Below are positions 20,375-30,433 of a DNA stretch of 64,000 bases, piece after piece. The notes below the pieces were generated by a model. It was not told where the DNA came from and ran no database searches. It was given only the letters and a program-made list of their open reading frames with translations. The position numbers were made by a program, and so were the translations under genes. Every line of letters starts with the position of its first letter. Position 1 is the stretch's first letter. This DNA is from Acidobacteriota bacterium (GTDB taxonomy: Bacteria; Acidobacteriota; UBA890; WLXD01): positions 1,120,001-1,184,000 of the forward strand of contig CAXWPH010000015.1 of NCBI GenBank assembly GCA_963666055.2, written 5' to 3'.

Positions 20375-20951
20375 CGGTGACTTCATGACTGTCCACTTCA
20401 AGCAAGAAGGGACAGATCATGGTGGGTTTCGTCGATGGTGGGGACTATCCACAGGACACCCGCGAGATTCGCATCGGTCTGCTGAAGTTCAAGCGCAACG
20501 ACAACGCTTGTGCCAATGCACGGCAACGTCGCCCGACGCGCAGCATCATCGATACGTTTCGCTAGCTCGCCCCAGGTCCTGAGTTTGACGGCAGTCGCAA
20601 CGATTTGACGCCGTTCGAACCCGAAATGTCACCGGAATTGTCACAGCGTTGGTGGCACCGCGTGTCGCGGACCGATCCGGTGACGCTCGTCCGGGTTGCG
20701 GCCGTTCTCGATCAGTCAGCATCGTTGGCGGGTGGAGTGCCGGCGTAGCGAGCTCAACGGCGTGTAGGTCCATAGATCGAGTGCTCTGAGGCGTGCTATA
20801 AGGAAGAGCACGGTGACCTACGCCGACAAATCCCGATAGTCGAGGCCTTCTTGCTCCCAGGAACCAGCGATCGACATGATGCGCTCGCGCGCGCGGCGTT
20901 GACTCGGTACCGAGGGCATCGCGCACGCATTCGCAGGCTGCGGGCCAGGAC

Positions 20952-22058
20952 TTGGTAGGAGTAATCATGACCGTACAAGAAGAAGCCGCCGGAACCATTC
21001 TCGGCCCGTTCACCGACATGGTTCAGCGCGTCGGGAGCGTCGTTTGGGATACCGCCGCGTCCAATGTGCCCGGCGTTCTCCGCCCCCGCACTCTCATGCT
21101 CACTGCCTTCATCGGGATCCTGATTTTTCTGGTTCGTCGTGGTCACGGCTCGAAAGGCGCCGATGGTCGAGAGAGAAAAACCGGCCTCTTGAAGTTCTTG
21201 TTGCCTAAAGATATTTACACCCACAAGTCGGCTCGCGTCGATGTATCACTTTGGGTGTTTGAGCGTTCGTTGCGTCCTCTCTGGGCGGTGTCGTTGTTTG
21301 CGACCGTGGCGCCGTTCACTGAACAGTCTGTAATCGGCTCACTGCAATTCATTTTCGGTGAGACCCCGGCATTGCAGTCCAATCTTGCGTGGATGGTGCT
21401 CTATGCTGCGGTTTCACTCCTTTGCTATGACTTTATGTTCTACGCTATTCACTGGTGCATGCACAAATATCCCGTGCTGTGGGCGATTCATAAGGTGCAT
21501 CATTCGGCGGAGGTTCTGACACCACTGACACGGTCCCGTGAGCATTTCCTCTCTGGCCCTATCTGGGCGGCCGGGTCGGCGTTCGGCTATGCGTTTGCCG
21601 GAGGGATATTTGCCTATCTCTTTAACGGTGGCATTACCCAGGCAACCATAATGAACATCGGCATGTTCTCGCTGCTGTTCGGTTTCAACGGGATGTTCCG
21701 CCACTATCACATAGGTTTCCATTATCCGCGCTGGCTTGAGAGATGGATACAAAGCCCCGCCATGCATCATACGCACCACAGTTACCTGAAGAAGCATTGG
21801 AATACGAACATGGCGGCGGTCACCAGTATCTTTGACCGGATGTTCGGTACCCTGTATATACCCGAGCTGGATGAATATACGCCTTGGGGCATTGGCCCGG
21901 CGACGCAGGCGGAGTACCGAGGTTTCTGGCAAAACACCACCGGACCTTTCCGCGACTGGTACAAGATGCTGTCGCGTGGAAGCTCCCCACAGGCAGGTGC
22001 GGCCAAATCACAGGATCTCGTGCCGACCACAGACTTCAGCAAGAGCCAGATTCGGTAA
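20952..22058 (+). CDS. Sterol desaturase / fatty acid hydroxylase family membrane protein
   Basis: His boxes HWCMH, HKVHH, HHTHH plus FDRMFGT. Start may be the ATG at 20967. Confidence 0.88.
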   Translation: MVGVIMTVQEEAAGTILGPFTDMVQRVGSVVWDTAASNVPGVLRPRTLMLTAFIGILIFLVRRGHGSKGADGRERKTGLLKFLLPKDIYTHKSARVDVSLWVFERSLRPLWAVSLFATVAPFTEQSVIGSLQFIFGETPALQSNLAWMVLYAAVSLLCYDFMFYAIHWCMHKYPVLWAIHKVHHSAEVLTPLTRSREHFLSGPIWAAGSAFGYAFAGGIFAYLFNGGITQATIMNIGMFSLLFGFNGMFRHYHIGFHYPRWLERWIQSPAMHHTHHSYLKKHWNTNMAAVTSIFDRMFGTLYIPELDEYTPWGIGPATQAEYRGFWQNTTGPFRDWYKMLSRGSSPQAGAAKSQDLVPTTDFSKSQIR

Positions 22059-22172
22059 TTCAGTTACTGGTCTCAAACACACGCGGGGAGACGCAAGTTC
22101 TCCCGAGAAGCGCTCGCATCATTGATGCCGCCGCTTCATCGCTAAGAAACCGATCGGAGCGATGCATTGCCC

Positions 22173-23024
22173 ATGCCCATTCCCGTTCGCGAGCGCGACT
22201 ACGCTCATCCGGAGCTGCTGGCCGAGACCGATTGGCTCGCCAGTCGTCTGTCCGATCCGACGGTTCGTGTTGTCGATGCTCGTTCTGACGAAGACTACGC
22301 CGGCGACCATATTCCCGGTGCTGTTCACATCAACGGCTTCACGCTTGGCGGGATACGCCCTGAATCCGAGATGCCAGAGCCCGAGGCCTTCGCTCACCTG
22401 GTCGGGGCGCTTGGAATCGACGAGCGCACACCGGTCGTCGTCTACGACGCGGGGGGGCGGTCGCAATTGTCCCAGTTGGCGGGGATGACCGCCTGGACGT
22501 TCCTTTACTACGGCCATCCCGATGTTCGTTACCTCGATGGTGGGTTGACGAAGTGGACCGCCGAGGGGCGGCCGCTTTCCAGCGACCCCCCGGCCCACGA
22601 ACCGCGGAGGTTCGCAGCGCGCCCGGTAGAGGGCGTCTACTGCTCCCTGAACCAGGCGAAAGCCTCCATCGATGACGCCGGCGTCGTCTTCTGGGACGTG
22701 CGCAGTCTCGGCGAGTTCGAGGGGACGACGAAAGGGTGGAATGCTCCGCCCCGGCTCGGGCACCTGCCGGGCGCTGTCCATTTGGACTACCGCGAGCTGT
22801 TCGATGCCGACAACGGGACGTTGAAGCCTGCCGCCGAGCTCAGCACGCTTCTGGGGGACAAAGGGATTACACCGGAGGCCGCGGTCACTACCTACTGAGG
22901 GGGTGGTGCGCGCGCGGGTCTCGCAGCGCTCGTCCTGAAGATCCTCGGTTATGGCCGGGCATCGAACTACGCTGGATCCTTCAACGAATGGGCCAATCAG
23001 CCCGACACCGATGTGGATCGCTGA
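22173..23024 (+). CDS. Two-domain rhodanese / 3-mercaptopyruvate sulfurtransferase, probable selenoprotein (UGA=Sec at 22896-22898)
   Basis: VVDARS..Y..DHIPGAV, LDGGLTKW, WDVRS..EF.G, GHLPGAV. The frame continues through TGA as VTTY-U-GGGARAGLAALVLKILGY...NYAGSFNEW...* to 23024. The TGA sits at the catalytic Cys position. Alternative start TTG at 22167. Confidence 0.88.
22908..22929 (+). promoter_or_regulatory. Putative bacterial SECIS hairpin
   Basis: GCGC-GCG-[CGGGUCU]-CGC-A-GCGC begins 9 nt after the UGA and has GGU in the apical loop. Confidence 0.65.
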
Positions 23025-23158
23025 CGGCCGCCCGACGGGCTAGCCGTGCTTTGTCGACCGGAGGCACTCGGGTTCCTGCCTCGCCCCCTATTGCGGGGTG
23101 GCAACCTAGCAGGCTACTAATGCGTCCACTTCCGACTTCCCACTATGCCTGGCGACGA

Positions 23159-24076
23159 ATGAGACTCGCATCGCTGATTCTTCTCTGCTTCGTGGCCGGA
23201 CCTGTTGCCGCGCAAGACGCAGATTCGGACCTCTTCCGTGACCGACTCAAGGAGGTTCCCCAACTGCCGATGGACCGCGTCGAATTGGCGGTTGGCCCGT
23301 CGCTGGTTCTCGAGGGGATCTCAGCGGTGTCGATAGACGGGCAAGGCAATATCTACGTGCTTCATCGGCCGACCGCTGGAGATCCCGTGGTTGTGCTCGA
23401 TCCGATGGGACGCTTTCTGCGGTCCTGGGGCGCGGGTTTGTTCAACATCCCGCACGGCATTCGCGTCGATCCGGCCGGCAACGTATGGACCGTAGACTCC
23501 AACACATCCAAGGTCTACAAGTTCACCTCGGAAGGAGCCCTGCTTCTCGAAATACAGATCGAGCTGCCAGAGTCAGGTAGGGGGTTCTGCGGCGCTGCCG
23601 ACATCGCTTTCGCGGCGAACGATCACGTGCTCGTCGCTGACGGGTATTGCAACGGACGCGTGCTGGAGTTCGACGCGCTCGGACACCAGGTAAACGAATG
23701 GGGCAATCGCGGGACTGGTCCAGGTGAGTTCGTCGTCGCCCACTCCATAGCTGTCGGTCCCCAAGGACTCGTGTACGTCGCCGATCGCGAGAACGGCCGC
23801 CTGCACTCGTTTGACCAAGAGGGGCAGTTCCTCGACCTGTGGGAGTACGCAGCACAGCTTTACAGCGTGGCATTCAGTCCAACCGGAGAGCTCTACATCT
23901 CGGTGTCCTTAGGCGGAGATCCGGAAGAGGCCTACCTGATCAAGATCGATCCCGCTACCGGTGAGATGCTTGGACATACAGTGGGCTATGGCCATGAACT
24001 GGCGTTCTCGCCAGATGGCACTCTTTGGCCGGCCACGAGCTCTAGTGAGCTGCTGCTGTTTCGATCTCGCGACTGA
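23159..24076 (+). CDS. Secreted NHL-repeat protein (PAL-like)
   Basis: Signal MRLASLILLCFVAGPVAA; FNIPHGIRVDPAGNVWTVD, VADGYCNGRV, HSIAVG...YVADRENGR. The ORF-track start at 22736 is over-extended. Confidence 0.85.
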   Translation: MRLASLILLCFVAGPVAAQDADSDLFRDRLKEVPQLPMDRVELAVGPSLVLEGISAVSIDGQGNIYVLHRPTAGDPVVVLDPMGRFLRSWGAGLFNIPHGIRVDPAGNVWTVDSNTSKVYKFTSEGALLLEIQIELPESGRGFCGAADIAFAANDHVLVADGYCNGRVLEFDALGHQVNEWGNRGTGPGEFVVAHSIAVGPQGLVYVADRENGRLHSFDQEGQFLDLWEYAAQLYSVAFSPTGELYISVSLGGDPEEAYLIKIDPATGEMLGHTVGYGHELAFSPDGTLWPATSSSELLLFRSRD

Positions 24077-24112
24077 GAGAGAGAGCCGCTTCAATCGCCA
24101 TCACGGCCGCGC

Positions 24113-25090
24113 TTAGTTGGTGACCCGGAGCACCACGTTCCCGCGCTTCCGCCCGGTGTCGACGTAGGCGTGCGCGTCGGCGACCTCATGAAACGCGTAG
24201 CACCGGTCGATGAGAGGTTCATACGCTTCTGCTTCAACGAGCTCCTTGAGGAACAGTAGGTCTTCTACCCGCCCGGCAGTGTCCCCCGCAAACACGCGCT
24301 TGGTACTGGTCATGGACGCCCAGGGGATGTGCAACAGTTGGGGCAGGCCGGCGACCACGCGCAGCAGGCGCCCGCCCTCGCTCAGGGAGTTGCGGCAACT
24401 CGGGAAGTCGGCATGTCCCACAGCATCGAAGATGAGGTCATAGGTGCGGCCGTTGTTGGTGAAGTCCTCCCGCGTGTAGTCGATGACATCGTCTGCCCCG
24501 AGCGCCCGCACGAGCTCGAGGTTGATTGTGCTGCACACGCCGGTGACCTCGGTGCCGAAGTGCTTGGCCAGCTGTACCGCCGCCGACCCCACGGAGCCCG
24601 ACGCCCCGATGATCAACACGCTCTCGCCGGCCTGGATGCGCCCTTGGTGGCGCAGGAAATTCAGCGCGGTCGACGCGCCGAACGAGAGCGCCGCTGCCTT
24701 CTCGTAGGACAATCCCTCGGGGATCGGCGCCAGCTTGCCATCCTCTGACATCGTGCGGTACTCGACGTAGCACCCGAGAGCCGAGCCGGGGTAGGCGAAG
24801 ATGCGGTCACCGACCTGGAACTTCGTGACGTCTTCGCCGATGGCGACGATCTCGCCGGCGAGCTCACCCCCGAGGACCCTCCGCCTGGGCCTGAACACCC
24901 CAAGGGCAAGCCGAGCCGGGATCGCGAATCCTGTCGGGAACGTCGCGCTGCGCAGCCGCCAGTCCGCCGACGAGACGGTGGTCGCGTGCACCTTGATCAG
25001 CACCTCGTGCGCCTTGGCCGTAGGCTGCTCGACCTCTCGAAGCTGGAGGACGTCAGGGCCGCCATACTGTTCGATGACGATGGCTTTCAT
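24113..25090 (-). CDS. MDR-superfamily NAD(P)-dependent alcohol dehydrogenase / quinone oxidoreductase
   Basis: MKAIVIEQYGGPDVL, VLIIGASGSVGSAAVQLAK, LGADDVIDYT, GRKRGNVV. Confidence 0.93.
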   Translation of the reverse strand: MKAIVIEQYGGPDVLQLREVEQPTAKAHEVLIKVHATTVSSADWRLRSATFPTGFAIPARLALGVFRPRRRVLGGELAGEIVAIGEDVTKFQVGDRIFAYPGSALGCYVEYRTMSEDGKLAPIPEGLSYEKAAALSFGASTALNFLRHQGRIQAGESVLIIGASGSVGSAAVQLAKHFGTEVTGVCSTINLELVRALGADDVIDYTREDFTNNGRTYDLIFDAVGHADFPSCRNSLSEGGRLLRVVAGLPQLLHIPWASMTSTKRVFAGDTAGRVEDLLFLKELVEAEAYEPLIDRCYAFHEVADAHAYVDTGRKRGNVVLRVTN

Positions 25091-25136
25091 AGCTTCTTCC
25101 CGGTTTCTCGCGGCCCTGGAGATCGCGTGGCGTCGT

Positions 25137-25189
25137 CATACGTACACCGTACGTATGCCTTTACTATACACCATCGCGTACGCTGTACG
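25137..25189. promoter_or_regulatory. Two TetR-type operators (CGTAC-N3-GTACG) in the divergent intergenic region
   Basis: Perfect palindrome catacgtac-acc-gtacgtatg (25137-25157) and second site cgtac-gct-gtacg (25177-25189). Confidence 0.75.
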
Positions 25190-25190
25190 T

Positions 25191-25838
25191 ATGTCGACCC
25201 CAGCCCCACGCGTCCCGCTTAGCCGTGAGCGCGTACTACGGGCCGCCCTGGAGCTCTCCGACAGGTCCGGCGTGTCGTCCCTGTCGATGCGCGAGATCGC
25301 CCGTACCCTCGGGGTAGGCGTGATGTCGCTCTACAACCATGTCGCCAACAAGGACGACGTCCTGTCTGGTATCACCGACCTGGTCGCGAGTGAGTTCGCG
25401 TTGCCCTCTGGATCTGACTGGAAGCTCGCCCTCCGCAACAGCGCGATCTCGGCCCACGACGCGCTGCTACGGCACCCCTGGGCCTGCACGACCATGTCCT
25501 CGGGCATGACGACGCTCGGCCCCGAGCGATTGGCGTTCTACGACGCGCTCATCGGCACGCTGAGGAAGGCGGGATTCTCCCCCGGGATGGCCCGGCAAGG
25601 CTTCCTCGCGCTCGACGGCCACATCCTCGGGTTCACCCAGCAGGAGGCTGCCCTTCCGCAGGATCTTGGCGATCGCGCCGACCTGACCCGGAGCTTCCTG
25701 CACAGTCTGCCCACGGACGCCCATCCGTACATGCACGAGATGGTGAGCGACCTGCTCGCCAGCGGTCAGTACGAGTTCCCGTACGACTTCGTCCTCGACC
25801 TGATCCTGGACGGCCTGGAGCGGGCCCTTGGGGTCTGA
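25191..25838 (+). CDS. TetR/AcrR-family regulator with TetR_C domain
   Basis: LSRERVLRAAL...LSMREIARTLGVGVMSLYNHVANKDDVL HTH; LLRHPW; ends LDLILDGLE. Confidence 0.93.
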   Translation: MSTPAPRVPLSRERVLRAALELSDRSGVSSLSMREIARTLGVGVMSLYNHVANKDDVLSGITDLVASEFALPSGSDWKLALRNSAISAHDALLRHPWACTTMSSGMTTLGPERLAFYDALIGTLRKAGFSPGMARQGFLALDGHILGFTQQEAALPQDLGDRADLTRSFLHSLPTDAHPYMHEMVSDLLASGQYEFPYDFVLDLILDGLERALGV

Positions 25839-25871
25839 ACGGCAGGGGATGGTGCGACCATTGGACGCACC

Positions 25872-25902
25872 GGCCCGCCACACTTCCACCACGGCCTGCT
25901 AG
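25872..25902. repeat. Isolated MITE terminal inverted repeat
   Basis: ggcccgccacacttccaccacggcctgctag, the same variant as 9219-9249. Its CTAG overlaps the stop codon of the minus-strand MFS gene. Confidence 0.85.
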
Positions 25903-27191
25903 CGCGCTATGACCACAAAGCGGAGGGACAGCGCAACCGTCGCCAGGATCAGAATTGCCGGTGCCAGGAACATCGTCGGGCCAACAGCTCCGTATAGCAG
26001 ACCACCGCTGATCAGGCCGATAATGCTGGCAAGACTTCCGACGCTGCTCGAGAGTCCCTGTACGGCGCCCTGGTACCGATCGCCCGCGTACTTGGATAGA
26101 AGCGCCAGGAACGAGGGCCACATGAGCCCGTTGCCGACGGAGAAGAGGGCAGCGCCGCAGTAGAGCACCGCGGTTGCCGACGACAGGAACGCCGTGAAGC
26201 CGCTAGCGAGGAGTATGCCTCCGGCGATGATCAACGAGGTCTCTTTGAACTTCCCGGACACCCGGGCAAGCAACGGCCCCTGAGTCAGCACCGTCACGAA
26301 GCCGAGAAAGGAGAAGAAAATACCGATGCCGCGTGCCGACCAGCCCAGGCCCTGAGTGGCGTGCATCGGAAACGCCGTGTAGAAGAAGTTGAAGGCAAGG
26401 AAGATCAGGAAGTTGAGCATCAGCAGGTACGGCACACACCGCAGCGCGAGAATTTGGCGCAGCCCGGTGCCTGCGGGTTTCTCGAGCCGATAGCAGTCGC
26501 GCTGCTCCTGGCCGAAGATTTTGCGCACGCTGTTTGTCTCGGGGTTGCGCCGTAGCACGCAGGGGCGCGACTCCGGCAGATAACGTGCGCTCAGCAGTGC
26601 CGCGACGCACGAGATCAACGCCGCGGCGATCACGACTGGAATTTCGCCCGCCGCGGTCGACCCGAGCAACCCCCCTAGCACCGGTCCGACTATGAACCCG
26701 AGATTACCCGCGACGGCCATGCGGCCGAAGCTCCGCTGTCGCTCGTTTTCCGGCGTCACGTCGGCCAGATAGGCGTTCGCCACCGAGACATTTCCCCCGG
26801 TCAGACCGTCGAGCGCGCGGGCCAGGTAGAGAACGGCGAGCGGAACCGTGATGGCGAATAGCCCGAGCCACGGGGAGTCGACCTCGAGCAACGCAGTATT
26901 CGGAAGATAGAGCGCAACGAGGAAGACGAGCCATGAGATCAGCGTGCCGACCTGGCTGACCAACAGCACGAGGCGACGGCCGCGGGCGTCGGACCAACGA
27001 CCCAAGATAGGTGCGCCGACTAGCTGGAAAGCGGCGTAGGTCGCCCCGAGGCTGCCGTACACCAGAGCGTTGCCGCCAAGCCTTCCGACCAGGACGGCGA
27101 GAAACGGCAGCACGATGCTGAAGCCGAGCGTGCCGATGAAGTTCACCAGCAGGATCGGAAACAACCGCCTTGTCGCGCTGGCACTCGGCAT
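25899..27191 (-). CDS. MFS transporter (DHA1/TetA-like)
   Basis: LGFSIVLPFL, GAPILGRWSDARGRR, ARALDGLTGGNVSVANAYLADVT, GFIVGPVLGG. Confidence 0.9.
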   Translation of the reverse strand: MPSASATRRLFPILLVNFIGTLGFSIVLPFLAVLVGRLGGNALVYGSLGATYAAFQLVGAPILGRWSDARGRRLVLLVSQVGTLISWLVFLVALYLPNTALLEVDSPWLGLFAITVPLAVLYLARALDGLTGGNVSVANAYLADVTPENERQRSFGRMAVAGNLGFIVGPVLGGLLGSTAAGEIPVVIAAALISCVAALLSARYLPESRPCVLRRNPETNSVRKIFGQEQRDCYRLEKPAGTGLRQILALRCVPYLLMLNFLIFLAFNFFYTAFPMHATQGLGWSARGIGIFFSFLGFVTVLTQGPLLARVSGKFKETSLIIAGGILLASGFTAFLSSATAVLYCGAALFSVGNGLMWPSFLALLSKYAGDRYQGAVQGLSSSVGSLASIIGLISGGLLYGAVGPTMFLAPAILILATVALSLRFVVIAR

Positions 27192-27432
27192 GGCCGCCAA
27201 GTGTACTCGCCGTGCAACACAATCCCCCCAACGAGCCCGACAGCGACGACACCGGGGTGGAGCCGGCCGTACCCCTGCCTGCTAGAATTCCACTGACACG
27301 AAGTGGAAGTTGTGATTGGCGCCGAGCGCAGATTGGCGCTCGCGACGCTCAAGTCAGAGCATGCTGTGCCGGTGGTCGGCACCGCCTCCGTCAAGGCAAC
27401 ACCCACCATGTTCCTTCGAAGGGGGAGACGCC

Positions 27433-27633
27433 ATGGCCACAGGCACCGTGAAGTGGTTCAACGACGCCAAGGGCTTCGGTTTCATTGCCCAGGAAGAGGG
27501 CCCGGACGTGTTCGTACACCAGAGCGCGATCGTTGCTGAGGGCCACCGCACGCTGGGCGAAGACCAGAAGGTAGAGTTCGATGTGACGGAAGGGCCCAAG
27601 GGGCCCGCGGCGGCTAACGTTCGCGCCCTCTAG
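27433..27633 (+). CDS. cspA: Cold-shock protein
   Basis: [18 protein letters not shown]...DVFVHQSAI...[10 protein letters not shown] (RNP1/RNP2 motifs); GGGGAG RBS. Confidence 0.97.
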   Translation: MATGTVKWFNDAKGFGFIAQEEGPDVFVHQSAIVAEGHRTLGEDQKVEFDVTEGPKGPAAANVRAL

Positions 27634-27780
27634 CCTCATCGCGGGCATCCGTCGGTATCGAGGCCCGTTTCGACACTACCGTCGCGCCGCCCGTGCTCTA
27701 ATGGGCGTCGCGCTTTCTTTCGTTGACGCTCGGCAAGGCGGCAACGACGCCTTTGATTCCAGACAACGATTGCAGGGGTT

Positions 27781-28047
27781 ATGGCCAGACGAAGTAGAAC
27801 ATCGGTACTGAAGCGGCAGCGAGAGGCTGCCAAGCGGCAACGTGAGCGTCGGAAGGCCGAGAAGCAAGCCCTCAAGCGCGAGCGTCGTCATGGCAAGAAG
27901 CCAGGAACGCAGATGGCGTCTCATGATGACCTCGTCGGTCTCGGCATCGTCACGGAGCTCGAGGAGCTCGAGGAGCCCGAGGAGTCCAAGGAGTCCGAGG
28001 AGACCAAGGGAGCCGAGGAGACCAGGGAAGCCGGCACGAGCGAATAA
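27781..28047 (+). CDS. Small hypothetical protein, basic N-half and acidic low-complexity C-half
   Basis: AGGGG RBS; KRQREAAKRQRERRKAEK followed by EELEELEEPEESKESEET. Confidence 0.65.
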   Translation: MARRSRTSVLKRQREAAKRQRERRKAEKQALKRERRHGKKPGTQMASHDDLVGLGIVTELEELEEPEESKESEETKGAEETREAGTSE

Positions 28048-28138
28048 GGCGGGGAGAGCCCGCATGGTCGCCGCGCCCGCTCCCGGCTGACGGCGGTCGC
28101 GTACACTAGGCGCCGGGTTCCCTGGCGAGGCACCGACA

Positions 28139-29482
28139 TTGCGCGAAACCTGGGCCAGTCGTTTCGGGTTCATCATGGCGACGGCGGGATTCGCCATTGG
28201 TCTGGGGAACATCTGGCGGTTCCCTTACCTCACCGGGACCAATGGCGGCGGTGCCTTCCTGCTCATCTACGTCCTGTTCAGCATCCTCATCGGCATCCCG
28301 CTGATGAGCGCCGAGATGAGCCTGGGTCGCAAGACGCAATTGACCCCGCTGGCGGGGATGATCAGCCTCACCGGATCGGTCTGGAGCCCCTGGAACCTCA
28401 TCGCCTGGCTGGGCGTGACCGCCGCAATACTGATTCAGTCGTACTACTTGATGCTGATCGGGTGGATTCTCGGCTATTTCCGCATGATCGTCACCGGGCA
28501 GCTCGCGACCGTGCCGCCGGACCGACTCATCGCCACCTACGAGACGTTTATCGGCACCCCCGGCCCGGTGATCGCGTACACGATGCTGGTGATCGTGGTG
28601 CTGGCGTTGATTGCTAGCCGTGGGCTGCGGCGTGGTCTCGAGCGCGTGAGCATGTACGCGATGCCGGTGCTGTTCGTCTTGCTACTACTGTTGGCGATCC
28701 GATCGGTGACTTACCCGGGTGCCTGGCAGGGTCTCGTCTGGTACCTCATGCCCGACTTCTCGGCTATCAATGGCCGTATCGTGCTGGAGGCCCTCGGTCA
28801 CGCTTTCTACTCGATCGGTATCGGGATGGCCACGGCCTTCGGTCTCGGCAGTTACCTGCACCGACAGAAGAGCGATGTTCCTGGCAGCGTCGCGTTGGTG
28901 GTGGCGTGTGACACGTTTGTGGCCTTTCTCGCCGGCCTGGTGATCTTTCCGGCGCTGTTCGCTTTTGGACTCGAGCCCGATACCGGCCCGGGCTTGCTGT
29001 TTGTCACCATGACGAACATGTTCGCGCGCATGCCCGCCGGCAACCTCTTCGGCGGCGCCTTCTTCTTCCTATTGATTCTGGCCGCGATAACCTCTGCGGC
29101 AGCGCTGTTCGAGGTGCTGACGACGACGCTCACCGACTTGACCAGGCTGCGCCGTGCCACCGCCACGTGGTTGCTGGCCGGCGTGTTTGGCCTGTTGTCC
29201 ACCCCGGTGATCTTGTCGTTGGCGCCTGGCTCGGGCCTGCGCTTGTTCGGCATGGACCTGTTCGCGTTTGCCGACGTAACCTCGGGGCGCTACCTGCTTC
29301 CCCTCGGCGGTTTGACGCTAGCCCTGTACGTTGCCCTCGTCTGGGGATTCGATCGTTTTCGTGACGAGACCAACGTCGGCGCCGGCCGGGTGCGCGTTAC
29401 CGCCGCCTGGAAGCCGTTGATGGTATTTCTCATTCCGGTGGCAGTGGCTCTCGTGCTGCTGGTGGGCGCCGGGATCCTGTAG
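28139..29482 (+). CDS. Sodium-dependent transporter, neurotransmitter:sodium symporter (SNF/NSS) family
   Basis: RETWASRFGFIMATAGFAIGLGNIWRFPY...NGGGAFL, AFYSIGIG, GPGLLFVTM. Confidence 0.95.
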   Translation: MRETWASRFGFIMATAGFAIGLGNIWRFPYLTGTNGGGAFLLIYVLFSILIGIPLMSAEMSLGRKTQLTPLAGMISLTGSVWSPWNLIAWLGVTAAILIQSYYLMLIGWILGYFRMIVTGQLATVPPDRLIATYETFIGTPGPVIAYTMLVIVVLALIASRGLRRGLERVSMYAMPVLFVLLLLLAIRSVTYPGAWQGLVWYLMPDFSAINGRIVLEALGHAFYSIGIGMATAFGLGSYLHRQKSDVPGSVALVVACDTFVAFLAGLVIFPALFAFGLEPDTGPGLLFVTMTNMFARMPAGNLFGGAFFFLLILAAITSAAALFEVLTTTLTDLTRLRRATATWLLAGVFGLLSTPVILSLAPGSGLRLFGMDLFAFADVTSGRYLLPLGGLTLALYVALVWGFDRFRDETNVGAGRVRVTAAWKPLMVFLIPVAVALVLLVGAGIL

Positions 29483-29530
29483 TCGGCGGGCGCCGGCCGA
29501 GCCAGGCGCAGCCGGACAAGCGGCGGCTCC

Positions 29531-30433
29531 TCAAGCGTTGCTCGGCGCCCGGTGCCTACGGCGGCGCTCCAATTGTATGCGGCGGGCGGGTGCCAGCATC
29601 ACAGCGCCGATGATCATGCCGGCCCCAAGCCACTGTATCGGCGAGAGCCGCTCACCGAGAAACAAGGCCGCCCAGGCCAGGCTCATGATCGCCTCGATCG
29701 GCATGAGCAGCGCGGTCTGACCACCGCCCAGCAAGCGTACGCCCTGGATCGTCGCGACGCGGGCTATGGCGGTGCCGATGACAGCCGACCACAGCACCAC
29801 CGCCCAGCCGACGCTCGACAGCGGTTCGCCCGGCGCCTCCAGCGGTATCAACAGATACGCCAGCAGCCCCATGGTGCCGGTGATCCAGAGCGCTGTGCTG
29901 GTGGCCGGATAGGCCACCAGGCGCGTATGGATGATGAGCATGTAAAGGGCGTAGAAGCTGGCGCACACAACCGCGAAGAAGATGCCCAGCGGATCAACGT
30001 CGCCGGTCACGTCTGAGACGAGCGCAATGCCCAGCAGTGCCATCGCCAGGCGCGTCCAGTCGAGCCGTGTGATGGTCTCGCCGCGTAGCGCCAGCACACC
30101 GAGCAACAGCGCCGGATAGGTGGAGAACACCAACATGCCGATGGCGGCATCGATTCGCCGCAGAGCCCAGTAAAAGAACAGCAGGGCCAAGAGGTTGAAG
30201 ACGCCGGCCAGCGCACAGCTCTGGCGCCCGCGGCGATCGATCAGCATCCCCCCGGACCGCCTCAGCAACAGATACAGCCCGATGAAGCAGCTGCCGATCA
30301 CCATCCGCGGTGCTAGCAACTGCAGCGGTGTCGCAGCGCCTACGGTGAGCCCGATCTTGACGGCGGTTGGCAGGGTGCTGAGGCAGGCGCTGGCCACGAA
30401 CACCACCAGGAAGCCGCGGTTGTGCGCCCGCAC
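29531..30433 (-). CDS. DMT/EamA-family transporter
   Basis: Two EamA halves (TYPALL...LRGE; PIEAI...LFLGERLSPIQWLG). Start uncertain (GTG at 30433 or 30493). Confidence 0.85.
   Translation of the reverse strand: MRAHNRGFLVVFVASACLSTLPTAVKIGLTVGAATPLQLLAPRMVIGSCFIGLYLLLRRSGGMLIDRRGRQSCALAGVFNLLALLFFYWALRRIDAAIGMLVFSTYPALLLGVLALRGETITRLDWTRLAMALLGIALVSDVTGDVDPLGIFFAVVCASFYALYMLIIHTRLVAYPATSTALWITGTMGLLAYLLIPLEAPGEPLSSVGWAVVLWSAVIGTAIARVATIQGVRLLGGGQTALLMPIEAIMSLAWAALFLGERLSPIQWLGAGMIIGAVMLAPARRIQLERRRRHRAPSNA

Noticed and set aside
22736-23158. Long N-terminal extensions in the ORF track (starts 22736, 24801, 27316, 41270, 42043, 47492, 52986)
   Set aside because: They overlap neighbouring genes. 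Downstream starts with an RBS, signal peptide or stop-start coupling fit better.
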